DNA of 64,000 nucleotides from a virus (Duplodnaviria; Caudoviricetes): IMG/VR virus record IMGVR_UViG_3300025759_000062, positions 1 to 64,000 of that record; one strand, 5' to 3'. Shown piece by piece: positions 46,563 to 56,273 of this stretch (position 1 is its first letter; each line of letters starts with the position of its first letter). The notes under the pieces were generated by a model. It saw only the letters and a program-made list of their open reading frames with translations, ran no database searches and was not told where the DNA came from. The position numbers and the translations under genes were made by a program.

Positions 46563-49500
46563 ATGGCAAAGAAAAGAAGAACATCAAACAAGGCAAGATC
46601 AACTACACCAAAGACTCAAAATACATCAACTACAGATACTAGAGTTTTTTTAAAAGGTATGGTTAAAGACAGTAGTGCTTCTTTTCAACAAAAAGAAACA
46701 TGGTCTCACGCCCGTAATGCTATTAACAATTCTGTAGATGGTGATCTTGGTGTTATAGGTAATGAACCAGCTAATATAAGTTGTGGTGCAGCTCCATACA
46801 CTATCATAGGAGCTATTCATTTATATGCTGATCAGTGGGTTATTTATTCTACAGATGATGTAAACTCTGAGATTGGTAGATTTGATGATAGCAAATGTGA
46901 GTATACCACTATTGTAAATGATCAGTGTCTACAGTTTAATAGAAAAAATTTAGTAGTAGGTGCAGCCAAAGAAAACTTTGATTGCTCATGGCAAGTATAT
47001 TGGGATGACGGGCATAATCCATCACGTACACTTAATATAGATAATGTCCCGTGGAAACAGATTATTACATCAGGTAATGATCCTTGTGTAATATATGAAG
47101 ATACTAATGAGCTGGATTGTGAGAAAATTAGATTAGCTCCTTTATTAGATACTCCATGCATATCCATGACAAAAGCTGAGAGTGGTGGTCAATTAAGAAA
47201 TGGTTCTTATCAGGCTTTTGTTGCTTACACTGTTAATGAGCAAAGGGTTACAGATTATATTGGTGTATCTAACATTCAGTCTTTGTTTGATCATGCTGGT
47301 ACATCCGGTGGTGTTACAATAAATGTATCAAACTTAGATAAGCAATTTGATTATTTTGAGCTTGTATTATTATCTAATAATCAAGAACAAACTGTAGCAA
47401 AAAGAATAGGTCTATATAGTACAGAGACTTCTTTTATTGAAATTGATTATATAGATCAATCTTTAGTTACTGTTCCTTTATCACAGATACCACTTAGGAC
47501 ACCCGCATATGAAAAGTCAGATGCTATGTTTGTGGTTAATGACTATCTTATTAGAAAAGGTCCAACAGAACAATTTGATTTTAACTATCAACCTTTGGCA
47601 AATAAGATTAAAGCTAAATGGACAGTAGTAGAATATGATAAAGATTATTACTATAAAGGTGGTAATAAAACAGGATTTATGAGAGATGAGCAATATTCTT
47701 TCTTTATCCGTTGGATTTATAATACTGGAGAACGTTCTAGTTCATATCACATTCCAGGAAGAGCACCAAGAGCAAATGGATTTACACAGTTTCTAACCCC
47801 TGTTAATGAAACAGGAAGTGCTGCTGGTAATTTAAATGCATTGTCATCTGATGAAAAGAATTGGCAAGTATATAACACAGCAACAAAAACGCAAACCTTA
47901 AATACACCATTAGCTGATGGAGGTGTCTTAATTGCAAAAGGTGATATGGCTTATTGGGAATCAACAGAAAAGTATTCACCAATTAGACCTGATATCTGGG
48001 GTGATTTATGTGGTCTTCCAATTAGACATCATAAAATGCCATCAGAAGAAACGGTTTTAGAAACTCAATTAACTAGTCCAAATGGTGATAAGATTAGACT
48101 ATTAGGTGTTACGTTTGAAGATATTCAAGCACCTGTAGATAATGATGGTAACCTATTATTAAATATTGTAGGATATGAAATACTAAGAGGATCAAGAGAG
48201 GGTCATAGATCTATTCTTGCTAAAGGTATCTTTAGAAATATGCGTGAATATACAATTCCTGCAGGTGGTCAAAGTCTTGGTAATGATAAAGGTTTATACC
48301 CTAACTATCCTTATAATGATTTAAGATCAGACATCTTTTTTCACACCGGAAAGCCAGATGCTAATGGAGAACCTACTGATGCAAGAACAGATGGAGCTGA
48401 TACATTTGATGACTCACTAACAAACTATCCTCCACTTACAGGATATAAAAAAGATTACTTTACATTTCATTCTCCTGAACTAATGTTTAGAAGACCATTT
48501 ATTAATGCATATGAAACTAGAATATATGGAGAATTAAGTGGAGATGCCAATGGATATTTTATTCCTTCAGAAAATCATCCTAAGAATAAACTTCTTAGAA
48601 ATGGTGCTGCATGGATTGCTGGTCTTATAGGTATAGGTTACGCAATTCAAAGAGTAAAAGGTAAAGAAACTTATGAGCTAGAAGGTTTAAGTAATGGATT
48701 TACTAGCTTAATAAATGATACTTGGGGTATTATAATAGGTGTAGGAAGCGGTGGTGGAGGTTCTGTTCCAGCTACTGGTATAGCTCAGACAGCAGTAGCA
48801 GGTGCAGCAGCAGCTGGAGCAGCTGCAACAGCAAATGGAATTAGTAATGTAGTTGTAAATTTATTACTTGATGATCTTACATCTTTAGGAGCTTTATATA
48901 GTGGTGGAGCATCAGCTAATAGACTAAACTTACAGGCAAGAAATCTTATAAATAATGCAGTTGCTACTGTTCCTGGTGTTAATTCAGGAAAATATACTAC
49001 ACGATATTCTATAGATGACCCAAGTGGGGCTTTACCAAATGTTGTTAATCTTTTTCTTGGTCCCTTAGTTGCAAGAACTAATATAGCAATAGGTGCTCAA
49101 GAGATAATTGATTTATTCTACAATTTAATAAAAGATCCAAGTGATTTTGCTTATAAACATAATTCCCATGGTTTTTATTATGACTTTAAAAAATTACTTT
49201 CTAGTCAGAAATATAGAACTAAAAACAATAACACTAATTATTTAGGATCAAGTTTTCAAGAATTTGGAGATTATAAAGTAAATAATTTATTTAGACCATT
49301 AACAGTTGCTGTTGCAACAGATGATGAACTAGATGAACCAACAACTTTAGATAATTCAAGATACGCCATTGGTGGTGATTCAAATTCAGATTGGGGAGAT
49401 ACTTATCTTGAGATTCCAGGTAGAGAAAGAAAGAAAAGTATATCTGCACTATATGGTGCTTTAAAGTTTGAATTTGAAAATCAATATGGACAGCTTGATG

Positions 49501-51674
49501 GTATTAAACAAGTTCAAATGAGAGGTTGTGTAGAATTAATTGATCCTGTTAGTGCTCAACAAAAATTTGATTCTCAACCTATTTTTGCAGGTGATGTATA
49601 TATAAATAGATATACAGAAAAAACTATAATGCCAATTTTTGCTGATTTCTTAAATGGACAACCAGATGAATTTGTTTATGATTATTTGCAAAATGTAAAT
49701 ATACCTTACCCAAGATTCTGGATGAGTACTGCAAAATTTGATACAGCAGAATTAGCTGATGAAATTATAAGTTTTGGTTTGGCTTCTACTGAGAATTATA
49801 TGCCTAATGATTTATTCTATTTAGATAGAGGACCTTCTAGCATTAAAAGTGGATTAGGTGCAATATTTAATATGAGCAGTGATCCTAATAAAGTATTTGC
49901 AATGACTACTGCATATATGTATACTCATGTAAATGGTATACAGGATTTTTATGTTGAGTCAGAATATAACCTTGCACATAGAGACTGGGAAGATACTTCT
50001 TCTAAACGCCACTATGATTCAAATGTATTTACAGGTCTTAATACACTATTTCATGCAGACCATATTAAGGATGGTAACTTCTATAAATATGACTTGTCAC
50101 TAAGTGTATCTAAATTTGTGACACAAGTTACTTCTTTTGGTAATATTCAACCAAGAGATTATGATCCATATGTTGCAGAGAACTGTTATCAATACTATCC
50201 AAAAAGATTACTCTACTCTTTAAGAGCACAAGAAGAATCTAAGAAAGACTTTTGGAGAGTATTCTTACCAAATAATTATAAAGACTTTAAGACTAAGGTT
50301 AATATAATTAAACCTATTAGCAAAAGTGGTGCTATTATATTCTTTCCTTATCAGTCTCCTGTTATGTTCCAAGGTGTTGATCAATTACAAACAGACTTAG
50401 GAACTAAGGTTACAATAGGTGATGGTGGATTATTTAATCAACCTTTACAGAATATTGTAAACTCTGATTTATCAAATGAATACGGTTCATCAGAAAGTAT
50501 GAGAGGTGTAATTAATACTCCGGTTGGTGTATTCTATATATCACAAGCACAAGGTAAAATATTCCATTATACAGGTAAGTTAGATAATATTGCTAATAAG
50601 GGAATGAAACAATGGTTTAATAAATATTTACCATCTATTCTTATAAGACAATTCCCAGCATTAGAGCAAAGTCCTTTATCAGATAACCCAGTTATTGGTA
50701 TTGGATGTCAGGCTATATATGATCCTAATTATGATATAGTATACTTTACAAAGAAAGACTTCAAGATAAAGAATCAGTATGCTGGTTGTATTGACGGAAG
50801 AACGTCTGGAGAAAAGGTACCACAAGAATGTGTAGTATTTGAAAATGATCAATTTATTTTTAAACCATTAAGTGGAGGAGAAATACCAATTGATATAGGT
50901 GATCCTGTATTCTTTGAAGATGCATCATGGACAGTATCATATGATCCTAAAACAGGTTCTTGGATTTCATTCCATGACTGGCATCCTGAACTTGTAATGC
51001 CTAGTATTAATCATTTCTTTACTACTAAAACAAACCCAGATGTCAATGCTACTGATAGAGGAGGTATATGGAGACATAATGCAACATGTCAATTATATGC
51101 TAACTACTATGGTGAAGACTATCCATGGGAAGTAGAGATTATAGAAAACACTGGTCAAAATGTAATGACTCTTAGAAGTATTGAATATCAACTAGAGTCT
51201 TATATATACACTGGTGATTTACTAAATGGTTGTGGTGATGATAGATTTCATGATCTAGATTACAACTTTGATCAAGCTATTATTCATAACTCAGAGCAAG
51301 TATCTGGTTTATTAAAACTAGATCCACATCCAAAAGAAGATCCTTATGCAATGATCCGATACCCTCAAGTAGGATTTAATGATATTAGAATCTTATATTC
51401 TAAAGAAGAACAGAAGTTTAGATTTAATCAGTTCTATGATATTACTAATGACAGAGGTGAGTTTACAGCTGCTCAACAAAGTATCTTTAATACAGAAGTA
51501 AATGGGTATATTAGAAATCTAAACATACTTAATCTTAACTATAATAAAGAAGAGATTCAGCACAAGAAGTTTAGACACTACTACAATAAAGTTATTTTAA
51601 GAAGAATGAGATCTGGTAACAGAAAGATGCTAATGAAGCTTGCAAATACCAAGTTAAACCTATCATATAGATAA
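46563..51674 (+). CDS. Tail stabilisation / muzzle protein
   Basis: 1703 aa; KGMVKD...ARNA...IGNE start, GFMRDEQYSFFIRW, WTVSYDPKTGSWISFHDW; synteny. Confidence 0.8.
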   Translation: MAKKRRTSNKARSTTPKTQNTSTTDTRVFLKGMVKDSSASFQQKETWSHARNAINNSVDGDLGVIGNEPANISCGAAPYTIIGAIHLYADQWVIYSTDDVNSEIGRFDDSKCEYTTIVNDQCLQFNRKNLVVGAAKENFDCSWQVYWDDGHNPSRTLNIDNVPWKQIITSGNDPCVIYEDTNELDCEKIRLAPLLDTPCISMTKAESGGQLRNGSYQAFVAYTVNEQRVTDYIGVSNIQSLFDHAGTSGGVTINVSNLDKQFDYFELVLLSNNQEQTVAKRIGLYSTETSFIEIDYIDQSLVTVPLSQIPLRTPAYEKSDAMFVVNDYLIRKGPTEQFDFNYQPLANKIKAKWTVVEYDKDYYYKGGNKTGFMRDEQYSFFIRWIYNTGERSSSYHIPGRAPRANGFTQFLTPVNETGSAAGNLNALSSDEKNWQVYNTATKTQTLNTPLADGGVLIAKGDMAYWESTEKYSPIRPDIWGDLCGLPIRHHKMPSEETVLETQLTSPNGDKIRLLGVTFEDIQAPVDNDGNLLLNIVGYEILRGSREGHRSILAKGIFRNMREYTIPAGGQSLGNDKGLYPNYPYNDLRSDIFFHTGKPDANGEPTDARTDGADTFDDSLTNYPPLTGYKKDYFTFHSPELMFRRPFINAYETRIYGELSGDANGYFIPSENHPKNKLLRNGAAWIAGLIGIGYAIQRVKGKETYELEGLSNGFTSLINDTWGIIIGVGSGGGGSVPATGIAQTAVAGAAAAGAAATANGISNVVVNLLLDDLTSLGALYSGGASANRLNLQARNLINNAVATVPGVNSGKYTTRYSIDDPSGALPNVVNLFLGPLVARTNIAIGAQEIIDLFYNLIKDPSDFAYKHNSHGFYYDFKKLLSSQKYRTKNNNTNYLGSSFQEFGDYKVNNLFRPLTVAVATDDELDEPTTLDNSRYAIGGDSNSDWGDTYLEIPGRERKKSISALYGALKFEFENQYGQLDGIKQVQMRGCVELIDPVSAQQKFDSQPIFAGDVYINRYTEKTIMPIFADFLNGQPDEFVYDYLQNVNIPYPRFWMSTAKFDTAELADEIISFGLASTENYMPNDLFYLDRGPSSIKSGLGAIFNMSSDPNKVFAMTTAYMYTHVNGIQDFYVESEYNLAHRDWEDTSSKRHYDSNVFTGLNTLFHADHIKDGNFYKYDLSLSVSKFVTQVTSFGNIQPRDYDPYVAENCYQYYPKRLLYSLRAQEESKKDFWRVFLPNNYKDFKTKVNIIKPISKSGAIIFFPYQSPVMFQGVDQLQTDLGTKVTIGDGGLFNQPLQNIVNSDLSNEYGSSESMRGVINTPVGVFYISQAQGKIFHYTGKLDNIANKGMKQWFNKYLPSILIRQFPALEQSPLSDNPVIGIGCQAIYDPNYDIVYFTKKDFKIKNQYAGCIDGRTSGEKVPQECVVFENDQFIFKPLSGGEIPIDIGDPVFFEDASWTVSYDPKTGSWISFHDWHPELVMPSINHFFTTKTNPDVNATDRGGIWRHNATCQLYANYYGEDYPWEVEIIENTGQNVMTLRSIEYQLESYIYTGDLLNGCGDDRFHDLDYNFDQAIIHNSEQVSGLLKLDPHPKEDPYAMIRYPQVGFNDIRILYSKEEQKFRFNQFYDITNDRGEFTAAQQSIFNTEVNGYIRNLNILNLNYNKEEIQHKKFRHYYNKVILRRMRSGNRKMLMKLANTKLNLSYR

Positions 51675-54600
51675 TGCAAAAGAAGTTTGAACACAAAGAA
51701 AGTAGAGGGTTACCTGGTGGACCTAATGAAATGTTTACTTATGTAACTGGTGTATTTGATATATATCAAGCACCATCTAACATAGAAGGTCAAGGTATGT
51801 TTGCTGGAAAACCTTTTAAGAAAGGTGATCTTATAGGATTAGCACATAGCAATGGTCAACCAGCATCTCAGCTTGGTAGAATGCATAATCATGATGAGAA
51901 CTCTCCAACTATGATTAGTAAAAAGAGTGGTAATGATAGATTTGTATTTGCAGCTAAAGACTTACAACCAGGAGATGAGCTTACTACTAACTATAGAATG
52001 CAACCTGAGTTAGAGCAACCAGAGCAATTTCAGAATGGTGGTAGTGTAATGGTGCCACCTAGAAAAGGTGTTAGAAAAAATCCTGATGGTAGTGAGTCAA
52101 CACATCTTATGGCTACTGAGACTTTAGATGGTAAGAACTGGTTTTCATTTCCAACATTATTCCAAGACCCAGATGGTACTTGGATTGATATGTCTGATAA
52201 ACCTTGGCAAGAAGCATATGAAGAAGCCAAGAAAAGAGGTGAGGTTATAGAATTTGGTACAGATAAAGAAGCAGCAATTAAGTTTGGAGAAGGTTCTTGG
52301 AAACTACCTAAAGCTCAACAGGGTAAACAGTTACCACCAGCTGTTAGAGATATGTATCCTACAGAAGATCCTATATACTATGACGGGATGCTGGCTGAAA
52401 CTACAGTTACTGCTCCTAAATATGAAGGTCCTCAAATACGCAGAGCATTTCCTGGTGAAACAGATCCTATTAACACTAACTTTAGTTTTATGGGTGTTGA
52501 CAAGTCTGGTGGGTTGAGTGCTTTAAAAGGTATTGGTAAAGGTATTAAAGGTTTATTAGGATTAAGAGGAGCTGCTGATGAAGTATTTATACCTCGTAGT
52601 AAGTCTAATTATAAATTTCCTACCTCAAAACTTAAAACAGAAAAAGATGTTATTCATCCAGATAATTTAGCATTTGTACCTGAAAATATTATTAATAAAG
52701 AAGTACATTCTTTTTTAAAGAAAAATAATATTGATATAAGTAAATTACCAGAATCTCATGTATGGGCAAAAAATGGTACAGATTATATTTTACCAGAGGG
52801 TGTTAATCATGATATTTTAAATGAATACGCAAGATTACATCATAATAAACCATATACTCCTGAATTTAGAAAAGTAATCAAAGCTATAGAAGAATTAAAT
52901 CCTGGAATTAAAATAACTACTAGTCATGATTTGCATGCTGTTGCTTCAAATATTCCAACAAATCAATGGTGGGGTAATAAAGTAAATAATTTTAAAAAAG
53001 GTGGCTCACTACCTAAAGCACAGAATGGTAATGGTGAAGTAGTGAGTCTTTCTCCAAGTGATCCTAGATATGCAGAATATTACAACAGACTTAATGATGA
53101 TGTTGTTTTAGCTGACCCAAGTGGTAAAACTGCAGGACGTATATTCTTAGATGAAGTGGATGTTGTTGCTAATAAGCCAAAACCTAGTAAATTTAATTTT
53201 CAACCACCCACATCTGTACAGGATCAGATTGCTTTACAAACACCATTTAGATTTTCACCAGAAGGTATTGCTGCTGGTAAGTCTTATCAAGAATATCAGG
53301 ATTACATAAATAGTTTACCATACGATCAAAGACCAGGTTATATACAACCTACAATATCAGAGTATGTTCCACCAAGCACGGGAGAATGGTTGTGGGATAA
53401 AATTAGTAATCCAATGACTAGTTTGGGTTATGTTGTGAGGGGTCAAACGGATATTATGCCAGATAGACTAGGAAACAGTCCAGATAGAAACATTATTGAT
53501 TATGCCGTTGATGTTATTAATCCTGCGTCATATGCTAATACAGTTGTTGATATGGGTGAAAAGATAGGTGAAGGTGATATTGTAGGAGCTGGTCTTGATG
53601 CTATTACCCTTACACCTATAGTACCTACAGCTGCAAAGCAAGGAACAAAATTATTTAAAAGATCTGTTCAAGTAGGAAATAAGTATGTAACCCCTCTTAG
53701 TCATAAGAGACTTTATCAATTTAATCCTCTTGCTAATCAACAGCCTCCGTTTACCACAGTAGTTAGAACTCAAATGCCTGGGCAAACAGGAAAACTAGTT
53801 ATGGGTCAATACTATGATGACTTAGCAAATCAAGGAAAAAAGTTAAACTGGAGACAAAATTTAGATAGGAATTCTTCTAGAAGATATGGATGGGGTAGAG
53901 GATTTTCATCTGATCCTGCTGATATATCAAATTATAGTAATCCTTCATTTACTTCTTGGAGAGGCTATGACCCTAATTTAATAAATCCTGAATTGCTAAT
54001 TCAAAGATTACCTACTAGTTATTTAGATGACTTTAAGGTTGCTAATTTAAGTTCTGATGCACGGAAGGCTTATGGTAGTGGTAAAAGTGATGTAGAATTT
54101 ATATTACCTATAGACGATGTTATAAGTGCAGAAAGCAGATCACTTTCAAAAGAAGCATATGATGAAATAAGAAAGATCCGTAGTGCTGAATTAACACCAC
54201 ATTGGTGGAAAGGTTTTCAAGAAGTTAAACAAGATGGTGGTGAAGCTTCTAAAATTGCTGCACAACAAGCAACTGGATATAGACCACAAGCTACTATATC
54301 ACAATATGAAGAACCAGCATGGTATGAAAAGGCAGCTGACTATTTAGCAAGTCCTATGACTGCACTTAGTTACATAGTTCAGGGAAAAGATTTGCCTGAT
54401 AGAATTCCAATTAATGCAGAAAATAGGAATACTTATGATATGGCTTTTGATATGATTAATCCTGCTGCATGGGCAGCATATGCAGAATCAGCAGATAAAA
54501 ATCTTAAAGAAGGTAATTATACAGCCGCAGCATTTGATGCATTGGGTGCAATACCTGTAATACCTTCTTCTGTATCACAAGGTAGAAATGTTGTCAAGGT

Positions 54601-56236
54601 GGGAGCAAAGTCATTACCTAAGTATGTAAAAAATGTTCCTGTAGGTAATAGTGATCTTTTAATGACTCATGCCATGCCTGGATTAGTTCCAGGAATAAAA
54701 GGTACAAAAGATGGTGTGTTAATAGCACAGGCTGCTGGACCAAGAAATAATCATATGACCTTAAAAAAGTTTTTAGATGCTACCACTGGTCAAGATTATT
54801 ATTCATTTACAGAAAGTTTTATTGATAATCCTATGTTAGCGGGCAGGGCTTTAAAAATGGCAGAAGACTTAGTTCCTAAAGGATCTATATTAAAACAAGC
54901 ACCTGGTGGTACTTTAAGTCAAGATTCTTTTAATTTGATGACTAGAAGATTGGGTGATACTAGAAGATTTAGAGATCTTACCAACTATGATGCTGATTAT
55001 ATTAATTTGAATGAGTTTGCCAAAGGAAGAAATAGACTTGGACGAGATGCATTTACTTTTTCACAAAGTGATTTTAATGCATTAAATGCTCAGTACATGG
55101 ACGTATTTAATAACTTAGGTATATCTGAATTTAGAGGGTTAGGTTCTAGACAAGTACCTGTTTTAAATCTTGGAAATAAAGGATACAATATATTTGAGAT
55201 ACCTGGACTCCAGAGTATAAGAGATCCAAGAGCTTTGGAAAAATATTATAATGTTAGTGTTCCTAATATTACTTTACAGAAACTATATCAAAAGGGTGGT
55301 GAAAAGACATCATGGCTTGATTATGCTAATCCTTTTAATTGGGGTGTCTACACATATGATGATGCTGGAACATTTGGTGAAGCATTTGCAAAAGCTAGAG
55401 AAGAAGATCAAGATCAATTTATGTACTATGGTGACAGATATACAACAGAATTAGCACCAACTCCTGAAGTTAAAGAAGAACCAAAAGAAGATAAGTTATT
55501 CTATAACAAAGATATTTTAAAAGGATTATCAGAAGAACAAGTAGCAAGAAGACAGTCTTTGTTAAATGCAGCTAATACAGTAGCATCTGCACAAGGAGAT
55601 GATGATAACCTTAGAAAACTTCTTGTGATGAGTGCTGTAATGGAAAATACATTAGGTGCTGATCCAAAAGCATATGGTAGAGATTATACTAGAAGTCCAA
55701 TGTCTATTGATGATGTAGCGTATGATGATCTATTTAACTTAAGAGAAGGTGCTAAAGGTTATACAGCTCAACAGAAAAAAAATGCAGAATGGTTAGAAGG
55801 TTTAGGTATTAATACCTCTGATGTTGATTCTTTATTAAGAGCTGATGACCCCATGGCTTCTATGGCAGTGGCAAGACTTATATATGGTAGAGCACCGGAA
55901 GCTTTACCATCAGGAGATGATCCAGATGCTTTGTACAACTACTATTTAAAATACTACAACAAAGGTGGTGTAGATAAATACGGAGGTGCAGAAGCTCACC
56001 GTAAGAAGTTTAATGATTATTATAATCAAATTTATAGAGAATTTGGTGGTGAAACAGATCAGCTTAAAATATACAAAGACTACGTGTATGGAGTATATGA
56101 TGGAACTGAAATGCAAAGCAAAGCAGAAAAGATATATGATAAACTTAATAGAGTTTATTATAAAGAAGCAAAACAATCAGGTACAACTGTACCAAATTAT
56201 ATATTAACTAAGGTTATGAAACAATCTGATAATTAG
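51674..56236 (+). CDS. Polyvalent cargo protein: SET-like + unknown + ART-like + possible GNAT-like + lysozyme-like modules
   Basis: SET motifs GQGMFA...NHD..P...AAKDLQPGDELTTNY; internal ~93-aa duplication; C-terminal ARLIYGRAPEALP...YYLKYYN. Confidence 0.75.
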   Translation: MQKKFEHKESRGLPGGPNEMFTYVTGVFDIYQAPSNIEGQGMFAGKPFKKGDLIGLAHSNGQPASQLGRMHNHDENSPTMISKKSGNDRFVFAAKDLQPGDELTTNYRMQPELEQPEQFQNGGSVMVPPRKGVRKNPDGSESTHLMATETLDGKNWFSFPTLFQDPDGTWIDMSDKPWQEAYEEAKKRGEVIEFGTDKEAAIKFGEGSWKLPKAQQGKQLPPAVRDMYPTEDPIYYDGMLAETTVTAPKYEGPQIRRAFPGETDPINTNFSFMGVDKSGGLSALKGIGKGIKGLLGLRGAADEVFIPRSKSNYKFPTSKLKTEKDVIHPDNLAFVPENIINKEVHSFLKKNNIDISKLPESHVWAKNGTDYILPEGVNHDILNEYARLHHNKPYTPEFRKVIKAIEELNPGIKITTSHDLHAVASNIPTNQWWGNKVNNFKKGGSLPKAQNGNGEVVSLSPSDPRYAEYYNRLNDDVVLADPSGKTAGRIFLDEVDVVANKPKPSKFNFQPPTSVQDQIALQTPFRFSPEGIAAGKSYQEYQDYINSLPYDQRPGYIQPTISEYVPPSTGEWLWDKISNPMTSLGYVVRGQTDIMPDRLGNSPDRNIIDYAVDVINPASYANTVVDMGEKIGEGDIVGAGLDAITLTPIVPTAAKQGTKLFKRSVQVGNKYVTPLSHKRLYQFNPLANQQPPFTTVVRTQMPGQTGKLVMGQYYDDLANQGKKLNWRQNLDRNSSRRYGWGRGFSSDPADISNYSNPSFTSWRGYDPNLINPELLIQRLPTSYLDDFKVANLSSDARKAYGSGKSDVEFILPIDDVISAESRSLSKEAYDEIRKIRSAELTPHWWKGFQEVKQDGGEASKIAAQQATGYRPQATISQYEEPAWYEKAADYLASPMTALSYIVQGKDLPDRIPINAENRNTYDMAFDMINPAAWAAYAESADKNLKEGNYTAAAFDALGAIPVIPSSVSQGRNVVKVGAKSLPKYVKNVPVGNSDLLMTHAMPGLVPGIKGTKDGVLIAQAAGPRNNHMTLKKFLDATTGQDYYSFTESFIDNPMLAGRALKMAEDLVPKGSILKQAPGGTLSQDSFNLMTRRLGDTRRFRDLTNYDADYINLNEFAKGRNRLGRDAFTFSQSDFNALNAQYMDVFNNLGISEFRGLGSRQVPVLNLGNKGYNIFEIPGLQSIRDPRALEKYYNVSVPNITLQKLYQKGGEKTSWLDYANPFNWGVYTYDDAGTFGEAFAKAREEDQDQFMYYGDRYTTELAPTPEVKEEPKEDKLFYNKDILKGLSEEQVARRQSLLNAANTVASAQGDDDNLRKLLVMSAVMENTLGADPKAYGRDYTRSPMSIDDVAYDDLFNLREGAKGYTAQQKKNAEWLEGLGINTSDVDSLLRADDPMASMAVARLIYGRAPEALPSGDDPDALYNYYLKYYNKGGVDKYGGAEAHRKKFNDYYNQIYREFGGETDQLKIYKDYVYGVYDGTEMQSKAEKIYDKLNRVYYKEAKQSGTTVPNYILTKVMKQSDN

Positions 56237-56252
56237 GGATTCTCCTTAATTA

Positions 56253-56271
56253 TTTGTATATTATTAATGTA
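56253..56271 (+). promoter_or_regulatory. Late-promoter-like motif TTTGTATATTATTAATGTA
   Basis: Copy of the recurrent motif, 2 nt before ATG 56274. Confidence 0.6.
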
Positions 56272-56273
56272 AT

